A stretch of 64,000 nucleotides of DNA, from contig CAZZAO010000003.1 of assembly GCA_964652205.1 (NCBI GenBank), forward strand, positions 15,196 through 79,195. The letters are read 5' to 3'. This DNA comes from an uncultured Anaerolineaceae bacterium (GTDB lineage Bacteria; Chloroflexota; Anaerolineae; Aggregatilineales; Phototrophicaceae). Made by a program: the position numbers and the translations under genes. The notes under the pieces were generated by a model that saw only the letters and a program-made list of their open reading frames with translations, searched no databases and was not told where the DNA came from. This document shows, one piece after another, positions 45,165-53,134 of the stretch. How positions within the stretch are numbered: the first letter of the stretch is position 1; every line of letters starts with the position of its first letter.

Positions 45165-45299
45165 TAGGGACTCCCTCCGTTGATGGTAGGCGGACAGAGG
45201 AAGCCAGTATACGTTATAAATTATGAAATAGATAGCCCGAGATAAGCCGCTCGTGCTGGCCCAACTAACGGGCCATCGGTGACGTTGCCCCGCTCTACT

Positions 45300-46427
45300 T
45301 CACGGGCGCAGGCGGCGCTTGAGCGCGCGCAGCCTGTCAATCTGCGCGTCGATCAGCGGCTCCAGCGCGGAATAATCGGTGTCAGGATGCTTGCTGATCT
45401 GCTGCTCGACCTTCGTCAGCGCCAGCGTATGGGTGCTGAAGGCGCTGGCGGTGCGCTCGATGAATGAGGCGGGCGCGGAACGCCGTCTGGCGGGCGGTTT
45501 CCCCTCGGAACGTGAATTGTCCTTCGTGCGGAACAATTCGCGTTCCGATAGGTCCTGATCGTCGGCTCGGAGCCACTGCTCGTCGCTCAGGCCGAGGATG
45601 TCGCGGTAGCGGCTGAGGGCGGATCGACTGGTGACGCCGAGCGCTGACAGCAGGCGTTCATTCTGCCCGGACGGGACGCGCAGGCCGAGCACCTGCGCGT
45701 AAAAGGCGCGGTCGCTCTCCGATTCGTGGTAGAGCCGGAAAGGCGTCGTTTCGGCCAGCAAGTCCATCATCAGAATCGCGTACTGACGGGCGCGGGCGAC
45801 GGCATTGAGGTTGTCGCGGGCGCTGTTCTCGCTGGCCTGACGCCAGACATTCGGCGTAACTTCAGTCGCCGGAATCCGGGCGAAGCGCTCGTCGGCAAGG
45901 GCCGCGTACAGCAGGTGGAACGCCAGCCAGCGGCGCTCGCCCGTTTCGATGACGTAGACGTTATCGACTGCGCCGACCGTAATCGGGTTGAGCAGCCCGT
46001 CGTGAAAAATGCTCGACGCCAGATCAATCAACCGTACCAGGCTGGCTTCAAGCGTGGACAAGTTCTCGGAATCGTCGTCAGTTAGCAGGCGAGCGCCGCT
46101 GCCGGTAAGCAGCGCAGGCAGGTCGTAGCGCCGCCCACTTTCGGCCTCAATCGCCGTCAGCCAGCCATCGAAGGCCGACGCCAGATGGGCAGGATCGCTA
46201 TCCCATGTGGCGCGGACTTCCGATGGCAGGGCGCGGCGCGGCTGCGCGGGGTCGGGATAGATACTGGCGATGTCAATCGGCTTGGCGACCTGCCGCGACG
46301 ACTTGAGTCCCCGGCGCTCGCGCTGCGGATCGCCGTAGGTATCGGCATCGACCGACTGCGGCGAGGTGGGTTCTGGCTCCGGCTGAAGCGGCTCCCAGTT
46401 GGCAAAACCAAATTCCTTGCGCTTCAT
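45300..46427 (-). CDS. parB: ParB/Srx-domain protein (ParB-like partition protein, atypical)
   Basis: 375 aa. Box I-like IASIYPDPAQPRR and box II GERRWLA (CTP-binding motif region) are separated by an unusually long segment of about 60 aa. An HTH-like segment is present (SALSRYRDILGLSDEQW). ATGA overlap with parA. Confidence 0.75.
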   Translation of the reverse strand: MKRKEFGFANWEPLQPEPEPTSPQSVDADTYGDPQRERRGLKSSRQVAKPIDIASIYPDPAQPRRALPSEVRATWDSDPAHLASAFDGWLTAIEAESGRRYDLPALLTGSGARLLTDDDSENLSTLEASLVRLIDLASSIFHDGLLNPITVGAVDNVYVIETGERRWLAFHLLYAALADERFARIPATEVTPNVWRQASENSARDNLNAVARARQYAILMMDLLAETTPFRLYHESESDRAFYAQVLGLRVPSGQNERLLSALGVTSRSALSRYRDILGLSDEQWLRADDQDLSERELFRTKDNSRSEGKPPARRRSAPASFIERTASAFSTHTLALTKVEQQISKHPDTDYSALEPLIDAQIDRLRALKRRLRP

Positions 46428-47206
46428 GCCAGCTTCGCCTCAACTCGGTCGATCAGCGCCCAGGTTTCGGTCGTCGCGCCAGATTCAGGCGCATAGGCGA
46501 AGATCATCTTCTGCGCCCACGCCCGCTCAACCCAGACGGTGCGCTGGGTGATCGCCGGCCACATCAGGCCCTCGAAGCGCTTCTGAAGCTGCGCCAGACC
46601 GTGATCGTGGGCGTTGGTGTTGGCGCGGTACATCGTCGGCTGAATGCCCATGACGGCCATCGGGCGCAGGCCCTCGCGCTCGCGGCGGACGTTATTGGCC
46701 TCTTTATGCTCGATGCTGGCGGCGATTGCGTCGAGGCTCAGGCTCTCACATTCGGTCGGGTAAATCAGGCTGTCGCTGGCGAAGTAGACGACGGAGTGAA
46801 ACAGCGACGGCGTCGGCGGCGTGTCGATCACGACGACGTCAATATCGTCCTCGACTTCGCTCAGACGGTCGCGCAGCACAAAGACATCCTCCAGCAGCTC
46901 GGAGATGACGCGCGTCTCGACGTTGCTCGGCAGCATCCACAACGCGCCCTTGATCGTCCGGCCCCCGGCCTGATAGCGCTCGGCGGGAATCTCGCGGGTG
47001 ACATCCTCGAAGTCCGCGCCGCGCACCAGCAGATTGTACAGTCCGGCCTCTTTGGGCAGGCCGTAGCTCGACGCGACGTGACCCTGCGGGTCGCCGTCGA
47101 TAATCAGCACGCGCTGGCCGCGAATCGCCAGCCCGGCGGCAATGTGCGTGGCGAGGGTCGTCTTGCCGACGCCGCCCTTCTCGTTGACCAGCGATAAGAC
47201 GTGCAT
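46424..47206 (-). CDS. parA: ParA/Soj-family partition ATPase (short, plasmid-type)
   Basis: 260 aa. Deviant Walker A NEKGGVGKTT, IIDGDPQG, Walker B VVIDTPP. Confidence 0.9.
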   Translation of the reverse strand: MHVLSLVNEKGGVGKTTLATHIAAGLAIRGQRVLIIDGDPQGHVASSYGLPKEAGLYNLLVRGADFEDVTREIPAERYQAGGRTIKGALWMLPSNVETRVISELLEDVFVLRDRLSEVEDDIDVVVIDTPPTPSLFHSVVYFASDSLIYPTECESLSLDAIAASIEHKEANNVRREREGLRPMAVMGIQPTMYRANTNAHDHGLAQLQKRFEGLMWPAITQRTVWVERAWAQKMIFAYAPESGATTETWALIDRVEAKLA

Positions 47207-47592
47207 GGTTGGTTCCTTTGGCCCTCACCCCCGGCCTCTCTCCCGGAAGCGGCGGGGAGAAAGGAAATGCCGTGGGGGAACGTTCGTTCTAGCCTTAGTG
47301 TAGCGCAAAACCTGCATCGTCGTAAACCGCCGACGTGTTCTGATGGAGAATCGGTTTAGGAATAGCATGACATCATGAAGCCATGACGACACGAGAATTT
47401 ATATTTAATGAAGCAGCGCTGAAGGCCCTGGAACGGACAGAACAGGCCGCCGAGCCGGTCGATAAGCTGCGTCGGATGCAAACAGCGCGCCGGGTTGCCC
47501 GCTCTAACGAAAGGGATAGCAGCGGGTTAGGCGAGCGCTGGCAGGGCGGCAGCCACCGGCGGGACAACTGTAAAAGAAGCAGGGTTGAGGGT

Positions 47593-49233
47593 TTAGATTT
47601 CCGAGAATGGATTCCCGGCGATATCGACGAAGCGCAGGTGCTTGAGTTCCTTACGCGCGTAGTTGAGCTGCCACGGCGTCTCGAACAGGATCACCCAGCG
47701 GTCATGATCGTCGCGGGTGCGAATGCTCTGCATCGGCCAGTGCGCGGCGCGAATGTCGTCCTCATCGCCTTCGATCCACGCCGCCACGCTCGATGGCATC
47801 AGGTCGATGGACGTCTCGACGTTATATTCGGCCTGAAGGCGCGAAGCGACCACCTCGAACTGAAGCTGGCCGACCGCGCACAGGATCGGCTCGTGGCGCG
47901 TCGAATCGACGCCGTACAGCACCTGCACCACCCCTTCCTGCAAAAGCTGTTCGAGTCCCTTATTGAACTGTTTGTATTTCTCGATGCTGACGTTCCGCAG
48001 CCGCGCGAACACTTCGGGCTGGAAACGCGGGATCGACGGGTAGCTGAAGCTCTCGCCGACGCAGACCGTGTCGCCAATCGTGAAGATGCCCGGATTGCTC
48101 AGGCCGATGACATCGCCCGCGAACGCTTCCTCGACCGTCTCTCGGTCACGCGCGAACAGCCGATGAGGCCGCGTCATGCGGACTTTGCGCCCCAGGCGCG
48201 GATGCGAAACGGTCATGTCCTTCTCGAAGCGCCCCGAACAGATGCGCATAAACGCCAGACTGTCGCGGTGCTGCGGGTCCATGTTGGCCTGAATCTTGAA
48301 GACGATGCCGCTGAAAGCGCCGCTCGTCGGCTCGACCGGGCCGATGCTGCTTTCGCGCGGGCGCGGGGACGGCGCGAAGGCGCTCAAGGCTTCGAGAAAC
48401 GGCTCGACGCCGAAGTTGTTGAGCGCGCTGCCGAAGTAAACCGGCGTCAGCGTACCGTGAGCGAAAGCTTCCGGGTCGAACGGCGCGCCCGCGCCCGCTA
48501 GCAGCTCGGCGTCGTCGATCAACTGATGATGCGCCCGCTCGCCAATTGTCGCCTTCAACAGCGGGTCGTAGAGGTCAGTCACCTGCACCGGAGCGCGGAA
48601 CTTGCCGCGCGCCGTCCGCTCGAACAGCAGCACCTGCTGGTTTTGCAGGTCGTAGACGCCCTGAAAATCCGGGCCGCTGCCAATCGGCCAGTTCATCGGC
48701 GAGACGCGCAGCGCCAGCACCCGCTCGATCTCGTCGAGCAGTTCGAGCGGGTCGCGGCCCGGACGGTCGAGCTTGTTGATGAAGGTCAGAATCGGCAGCT
48801 TGCGCATCCGGCAGACCTCGAACAGCTTTCGGGTCTGCGGCTCGATACCTTTGGCGCTGTCGAGCACCATCACGGCGCTGTCGACGGCCATCAGCGTGCG
48901 GTAAGTGTCTTCGCTGAAATCGCGGTGGCCGGGCGTGTCGAGCAGGTTGAAGATGCGGTCTTCGTACTCGAATTGCAGCACCGATGAGGTGATCGAGATG
49001 CCGCGCTGCTGTTCCATCGCCATCCAGTCCGAGGTCGCGCTGCGCTGGTTTTTGGCGGCGCGCACCGACCCGGCCTGATTGACCGCTCCAGCGTAGAGCA
49101 GCAGCTTCTCAGTCAGCGTCGTTTTACCGGCGTCCGGGTGTGAGATGATGGCGAACGTCCGGCGGCGCTGAATTTCCCGCTGAAGTTCGGTACCGGGATT
49201 GATCGTCGTAATCGCAGGGGCAGGTTGTAACAT
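47593..49233 (-). CDS. prfC: Peptide chain release factor 3 (translational GTPase)
   Basis: Start taken at ATG 49233 (MLQPAPAITT...RRRTFAIISHPDAGKTTLTEKLLL). G-motifs AHPDAGKT/DTPGH/NKLD (here ISHPDAGKT, LLDTPGHRDF, INKLD). Collinear with my recollection of E. coli PrfC over the full length. Confidence 0.95.
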   Translation of the reverse strand: MLQPAPAITTINPGTELQREIQRRRTFAIISHPDAGKTTLTEKLLLYAGAVNQAGSVRAAKNQRSATSDWMAMEQQRGISITSSVLQFEYEDRIFNLLDTPGHRDFSEDTYRTLMAVDSAVMVLDSAKGIEPQTRKLFEVCRMRKLPILTFINKLDRPGRDPLELLDEIERVLALRVSPMNWPIGSGPDFQGVYDLQNQQVLLFERTARGKFRAPVQVTDLYDPLLKATIGERAHHQLIDDAELLAGAGAPFDPEAFAHGTLTPVYFGSALNNFGVEPFLEALSAFAPSPRPRESSIGPVEPTSGAFSGIVFKIQANMDPQHRDSLAFMRICSGRFEKDMTVSHPRLGRKVRMTRPHRLFARDRETVEEAFAGDVIGLSNPGIFTIGDTVCVGESFSYPSIPRFQPEVFARLRNVSIEKYKQFNKGLEQLLQEGVVQVLYGVDSTRHEPILCAVGQLQFEVVASRLQAEYNVETSIDLMPSSVAAWIEGDEDDIRAAHWPMQSIRTRDDHDRWVILFETPWQLNYARKELKHLRFVDIAGNPFSEI

Positions 49234-49541
49234 GAGGGGTCCCTCATACTCAAGCGCGGCATGGCAATGGCTGAAGCGCGGAAACGTCTGGCAAAGCTGG
49301 AGTCGCAGCCAGCGAACGATCATCCCTCGCGGACAGACATTCCATGGACTCCTAAGAGTGAAGGTCGAACCGATTCGGTTGGGCCGTGGGCTTCACGCAG
49401 CGCGGCGGAAAGCCCGCCGCCATGAGGAGCGAATTATAGTCGCCGAAGGACTCAAAGGCCAGAGGGAACCGACTCGGCAATCGACGGTTTATTGTGACTG
49501 GGCCTTTATGTTATCGGCGGCAAAGGGAGCGTACCGAAAAA

Positions 49542-49679
49542 CCCCATAGACGCCAACTTAAGCGGATAAGACTGGAAAATCGCTGCCGGTTGTGACCGTT
49601 TTCCTCTCTCCGCTTGCGGAGAGGGGGAAGGGGGAGGGGTCGGATAAGCAACGTGATCCTTAAGTTGGCGTGCATGGGA
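49542..49679. repeat. Palindromic MITE/REP-like element with 13-bp perfect terminal inverted repeats and a central GGAGAGGGG hairpin
   Basis: ACGCCAACTTAAG at 49550..49562 and CTTAAGTTGGCGT at 49659..49671. Internal direct CGGATAAG repeats. Central CTCTCCGCTTGCGGAGAG hairpin. The 11-nt core GCCAACTTAAG also occurs at 28026..28036. Confidence 0.55.
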
Positions 49680-49695
49680 GCCTGGCGAAAAATCC

Positions 49696-51363
49696 TTATA
49701 GCGCTATCTCCACCGTCGCAGCGGCGGGGGCCTTGACCGGCAGCGTGATCGTGAAAGTCGTGCCGACGCCGAGCTTGCTGTCCACGGCAATCGTCCCGCC
49801 GTGCAGTTCGACAGCCTGATGGACGATATACAGGCCGAGTCCGGTTCCGCTGATCCGCTCGGTGTTCCCGGCGCGCTGGAACGGCTCGAACAGGTGGGGA
49901 AGGTCTTCTTCAGGGATGCCGATGCCGTGATCGCTGACGCTGATCTTGACCTGCCCCCGTTTGCGCGCCAGTTCCAGCCGCACATCGCCGCCTTCCGGTG
50001 AATACTTGATGGCGTTGGTCAGCAAGTTGGAGATGGCGTGGCGCAGCAGCTTGTCATCGACCATCGCCTCGACCGGCTTCTGCGGCCCGCTAAACAGGAT
50101 TTTATGCCTGCTGCGGGTCGCCTTCTGCACCTCGCTCAGGACTTCAAGGCACAGCATCTCGATGCTGCGCGGCTCCGGGTTGTAAGCCAGCCCGGTCGCT
50201 TCAGTCCGACTCAGACTGAGGATGTCGCTAATCATCTGCGACAGGTGTTCGACCTCTTCGCTGATGGTCGTCAGGTATTCCTGTCGTTCCTCAGGGCTGG
50301 CGCGGTCGCCGAACTTACTGAGCATATTATTCGCCAGCAGAATAGCCGCCAGCGGCGTCCGCAGCTCATGGGAGAGTGTCGAGACGAAGCGGCCTTTCAA
50401 CTCGCGCATCTCCTTCTCTTTTTCGAGCGCCAGCACCAGCCGTTCCTTTTCCATCCGCTCGGTTTCGAGGCGTCTGCTTTCCGTCAAATCCTGAATAATC
50501 GCGGTATAGAGCCAGCGGTCGCCGAGCGCGACGATATTGACCGCCATGTACATCGGGAAGGTCGTCCCATCGAGCCGCCGCCCGATGAACTCGCGCTGAT
50601 GCTCGTGCGCTTCAGCAACCAGCATCTCCAGCAGGTCGCCCTGACGTTTTACGCCTGTCATCAGGTCGCCGAGCTTCCTGCCGACCACGTCAGCCGCCTC
50701 GCAGCCGAAGATGCGCGCCCCCGCCGGGTTGATCGCCTCGATGACCCCATCCTCATTGGTGGTCACGATGCCGTCAAGCACGTTATCGACGATAGCGCGC
50801 ATCCGGTTATCGTTCTCCAGCACTCGTTCCGCGCCAGGGTTGAGGTCGGTCACTTCCTGTCGTCGCTCGATAGCGACGGCCACCAATCGCCCGAATGAGC
50901 GCGCCCGCGCGAACGCCGCCTCATCGACCGGAATCGCATCCGGGCTGCCCAGATTGAGCACGCCGAGCAGCCGGGTCTCGCTCTGAATCGGCGCGCAGAT
51001 CAACGTCTCCGCAGCCTGATCGTCCCAGACACCGCCCGCCGCCTCGCCGAAACGGGCCAGCGGCTGACCGTTGCGGATCGCTTCCGCCGACGGGGCGGTA
51101 TCGGCAGGCAGTTCGCGGATGCCCGCTGCGCTGGCAGGCACGCGCCAGCCGCCTTTGTCGAGCAGCGTGCTTCGGGTGCTGTCATAGAGTTGAATCTTGA
51201 TGAGTGGAAAGCCGGACAGCTCGCGTATTTCGACGGCGATCCGTTCCAGCGCGTGGTCAAACGTTGAGTCGTGGAGTAGAAGTTCAGAGAGTCGATTCGC
51301 GTTATCGGCGGTCAGCAGCGACGAACGTGAAGCGCTCACCGCCGCTGTTGATGCGTTGAGCAT
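49696..51363 (-). CDS. Sensor histidine kinase (GAF-PAS-HisKA-HATPase_c), cytoplasmic
   Basis: Start taken at ATG 51363 (MLNASTAAV), with AAGGGGGA upstream. The track TTG start is 51390. H-box FVSTLSHELRTPLAAI. N-box NLLTNAIKYSPEGG. G-boxes DHGIGI and GTGLGLYIV. Confidence 0.9.
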   Translation of the reverse strand: MLNASTAAVSASRSSLLTADNANRLSELLLHDSTFDHALERIAVEIRELSGFPLIKIQLYDSTRSTLLDKGGWRVPASAAGIRELPADTAPSAEAIRNGQPLARFGEAAGGVWDDQAAETLICAPIQSETRLLGVLNLGSPDAIPVDEAAFARARSFGRLVAVAIERRQEVTDLNPGAERVLENDNRMRAIVDNVLDGIVTTNEDGVIEAINPAGARIFGCEAADVVGRKLGDLMTGVKRQGDLLEMLVAEAHEHQREFIGRRLDGTTFPMYMAVNIVALGDRWLYTAIIQDLTESRRLETERMEKERLVLALEKEKEMRELKGRFVSTLSHELRTPLAAILLANNMLSKFGDRASPEERQEYLTTISEEVEHLSQMISDILSLSRTEATGLAYNPEPRSIEMLCLEVLSEVQKATRSRHKILFSGPQKPVEAMVDDKLLRHAISNLLTNAIKYSPEGGDVRLELARKRGQVKISVSDHGIGIPEEDLPHLFEPFQRAGNTERISGTGLGLYIVHQAVELHGGTIAVDSKLGVGTTFTITLPVKAPAAATVEIAL

Positions 51364-51419
51364 ATCATCCCCCTTAGGACTATCCTGCAATCATAACAGA
51401 AATTATAAAGAGTCCAAAA

Positions 51420-51471
51420 AACCGAGAACCGAGAACCGAGAACCGAGAACCGAGAACCGAGAACCGAGAAC
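51420..51471. repeat. Tandem heptamer array (GAGAACC) x about 7
   Basis: Six perfect units starting at 51424, 51431, 51438, 51445, 51452 and 51459, plus partial units at both ends. It lies 30-110 nt upstream of the histidine kinase start codon, which is on the opposite strand. Confidence 0.95.
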
Positions 51472-51516
51472 AGGCTGCTTGATGTGATCGCGGGTGTCAA
51501 GCCTTCCCGGTCATTG

Positions 51517-51665
51517 CAGGGCAATCGCCTGTTAAGCCGGGAAGGTTCAGGATGGCCTGATAGAGGCGACCCGGCGGGTCGCCTCTGCGAAGCCTCACCC
51601 ACCCCGACCTGATAAAATTATGGACTCGCTTTAGCCAGCTTTCGGCTGATTTTGATCGCCGCCTG
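51517..51665 (-). mobile_element. Diverged, probably decayed relative of the 37705/39327 MITE (opposite orientation)
   Basis: Begins CAGGGCAATCGCC (like the MITE right end, inverted). Contains the palindrome GGCGACCCGGCGGGTCGCC and ends ...GATTTTGATCGCCGCCTG. No convincing TSD. Confidence 0.35.
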
Positions 51666-51774
51666 CGGCCTTTTAGCCACCGGCGCTAGCGAGTCGATTC
51701 CTTCTGTCGCAGCCCGGTTGACACGGGTGTAGGCTAATGAAGGAGTGACCAATCTCGTCATCAGCGCTATCCTT

Positions 51775-51806
51775 TTCTCGGTTCTCGGCTCTCATTTCTC
51801 GGTTCT
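51775..51806. repeat. Complementary-strand copies of the GAGAACC heptamer (TTCTCGGTTCTCGGCTCTCATTTCTCGGTTCT)
   Basis: Read directly. It ends 8 nt before the ATG of the GT9 gene and forms a long-range inverted repeat with 51420..51471. Confidence 0.85.
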
Positions 51807-51814
51807 TTCTTTAT

Positions 51815-52921
51815 ATGACCACATCGACCCGCACCATTGTCTTAAGCATCCTGCGCCGACTCGTTCGACAGCGCCCCGCGCCGACTGATCCGCGCCGCAT
51901 CGTCTTGATTCTGACCTGCTGCATCGGCGACGTCATCATGGGGACGGCAACGCTGGCCGCGCTTCGCCGCGCTTACCCGAACGCGCAGATCACCTGGGCG
52001 GTCAGCGGCTGGTCGAAAGCCGCCATCGCTCATCACAACCTGCTCAACGGCCTGATCGATACCGGGCCGGAAGCCGTCCCCGCGCGAACTCCGGCGGGCT
52101 TCATTCGGCTGCTGCGCCAGCTTCGCGCCGGACAGTTCGATTTATCGGTGTCGCTGACGCGCTCAGTTTACATGAGCGCGGCGGCGCTGCTGTCTGGCAT
52201 CCCCAACCGTGCCGGCCTCGACAGCGTTGGGCTGGGCTTCGGCTACACGGTGCGCGCGCCTATCGACCCGAAAATCGCCCGACTCGAAGGCGATGTCTAC
52301 CTCGACGCCGCGCGGGCGCTCGGCCTCGACGTCCGTAACTGTTGGGCCAACGTCCCGGTCGATGCGACCGACGCCGAACAGGTGCGCGGGCTGCTCGCCG
52401 GTCAGGGCCTCGCTGGCCCCTATCTGGTCGTCAACCCGGCGGGTGGACGCAATCCCGGAATGGTGCTCGACATCAAGCGCTACCCGCCCGACTCGCTGGC
52501 CGAACTGACAAACCGGCTGGCCGCGCGGCTCAAGCTAGCCGTGGTCGTCATCGGCGGGCCGGGCGATACGCCGCTGGTCGAGCAGGTCAGCGTGCGGCTG
52601 TCCGGCCCACACGCCAGCTTTTCCGGCACGCTGTCATTCGGGGAAATTGCGGCGCTGGCTCACGCATCGGCTGTCTACATCGGCAACGATACCGGCCTGA
52701 CTCATCTGGCGGCAGCCGCAGGCGCGCGAACGGTCATGATCTTCGGCCCGTCTGACCCGGCGCGCTACGCCCCCTTCGTGCCGGATGCGCTGGCGGTCTG
52801 GCGTCCGGTCGCGCTCAAGGGCGGAGTCTCGGCGGGTGCGCCGCCAGACTGGCGCTGGCCGCGCGACGGCATTTCGGTCGATGAGGCCGAAGCGCAGATT
52901 ATCGCCTATCTCGGTCGGTAA
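51815..52921 (+). CDS. Glycosyltransferase family 9 (heptosyltransferase-like)
   Basis: 368 aa. N-terminal RRIVLILTCCIGDVIMGTATLAALRRAYPNAQITW and C-terminal VYIGNDTGLTHLAAAAGARTVMIFGPSDP are GT9 hallmarks. Confidence 0.85.
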   Translation: MTTSTRTIVLSILRRLVRQRPAPTDPRRIVLILTCCIGDVIMGTATLAALRRAYPNAQITWAVSGWSKAAIAHHNLLNGLIDTGPEAVPARTPAGFIRLLRQLRAGQFDLSVSLTRSVYMSAAALLSGIPNRAGLDSVGLGFGYTVRAPIDPKIARLEGDVYLDAARALGLDVRNCWANVPVDATDAEQVRGLLAGQGLAGPYLVVNPAGGRNPGMVLDIKRYPPDSLAELTNRLAARLKLAVVVIGGPGDTPLVEQVSVRLSGPHASFSGTLSFGEIAALAHASAVYIGNDTGLTHLAAAAGARTVMIFGPSDPARYAPFVPDALAVWRPVALKGGVSAGAPPDWRWPRDGISVDEAEAQIIAYLGR

Positions 52922-53104
52922 ACAGCCATTTGCGATATTACCGCCTGGGATATTGGGGATATATTTGGGATACCGGGGCGAATCGACGCGCTCCGGTCAG
53001 CGTTTATAACCGGACGCCGGTCGAGATTGTGATAGACTACACGGACGGGTCAGATTCCGAAGAATGTCCAGAAGAGCGTCAAGACTCCTATCGCTCACTT
53101 TAGA

Positions 53105-53110
53105 TACAAT
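53105..53110 (+). promoter_or_regulatory. Putative -10 hexamer (TACAAT) upstream of the large sensor kinase
   Basis: 25 nt upstream of GTG 53135. Motif only. Confidence 0.25.
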
Positions 53111-53134
53111 AGTTATTACAAGCGAGCAGCCATT

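Noticed and set aside
47383-47592. Possible small helical protein (MTTREFIFNEAALKALERTEQAAEPVDKLRRMQTARRVA...) in the prfC-parA intergenic region
   Set aside because: The frame has no stop codon until 48501, so it would overlap prfC antisense by about 900 nt. There is no convincing RBS and no recognisable family. It may still mark a regulatory region, but I cannot support a gene call.
45165-47592. Canonical parS site near parAB
   Set aside because: A scan by eye found no TGTTNCACGTGAAACA-like 16-mer. Only short 4-8 bp palindromes are present, for example GAACGTTC at about 47283, and these are not distinctive. A computational search is needed before claiming presence or absence.
49231-49247. 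ATGAGGG-GT-CCCTCAT palindrome overlapping the prfC start codon, as a translational regulatory hairpin
   Set aside because: The 2-nt loop is too short for a stable RNA hairpin. The palindrome probably arises because the Shine-Dalgarno sequence (GAGGGA) happens to sit next to the start codon.
51420-51471. CRISPR array (also considered for 60206..60280 and 62046..62206)
   Set aside because: The units are 7 or 15 bp and directly abutting, with no spacers. This is far below CRISPR repeat and spacer sizes, and no cas genes are in the window. They are simple tandem repeats.
51197-51487. ORFs translating the repeats as protein (ENREPRTENREPRT...; also 60189..60371 LTPGSLTPGSLTPG... and 60176..60442)
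   Set aside because: These are translations of non-coding tandem or palindromic repeats. They have no RBS, and the reading frames are open on both strands.
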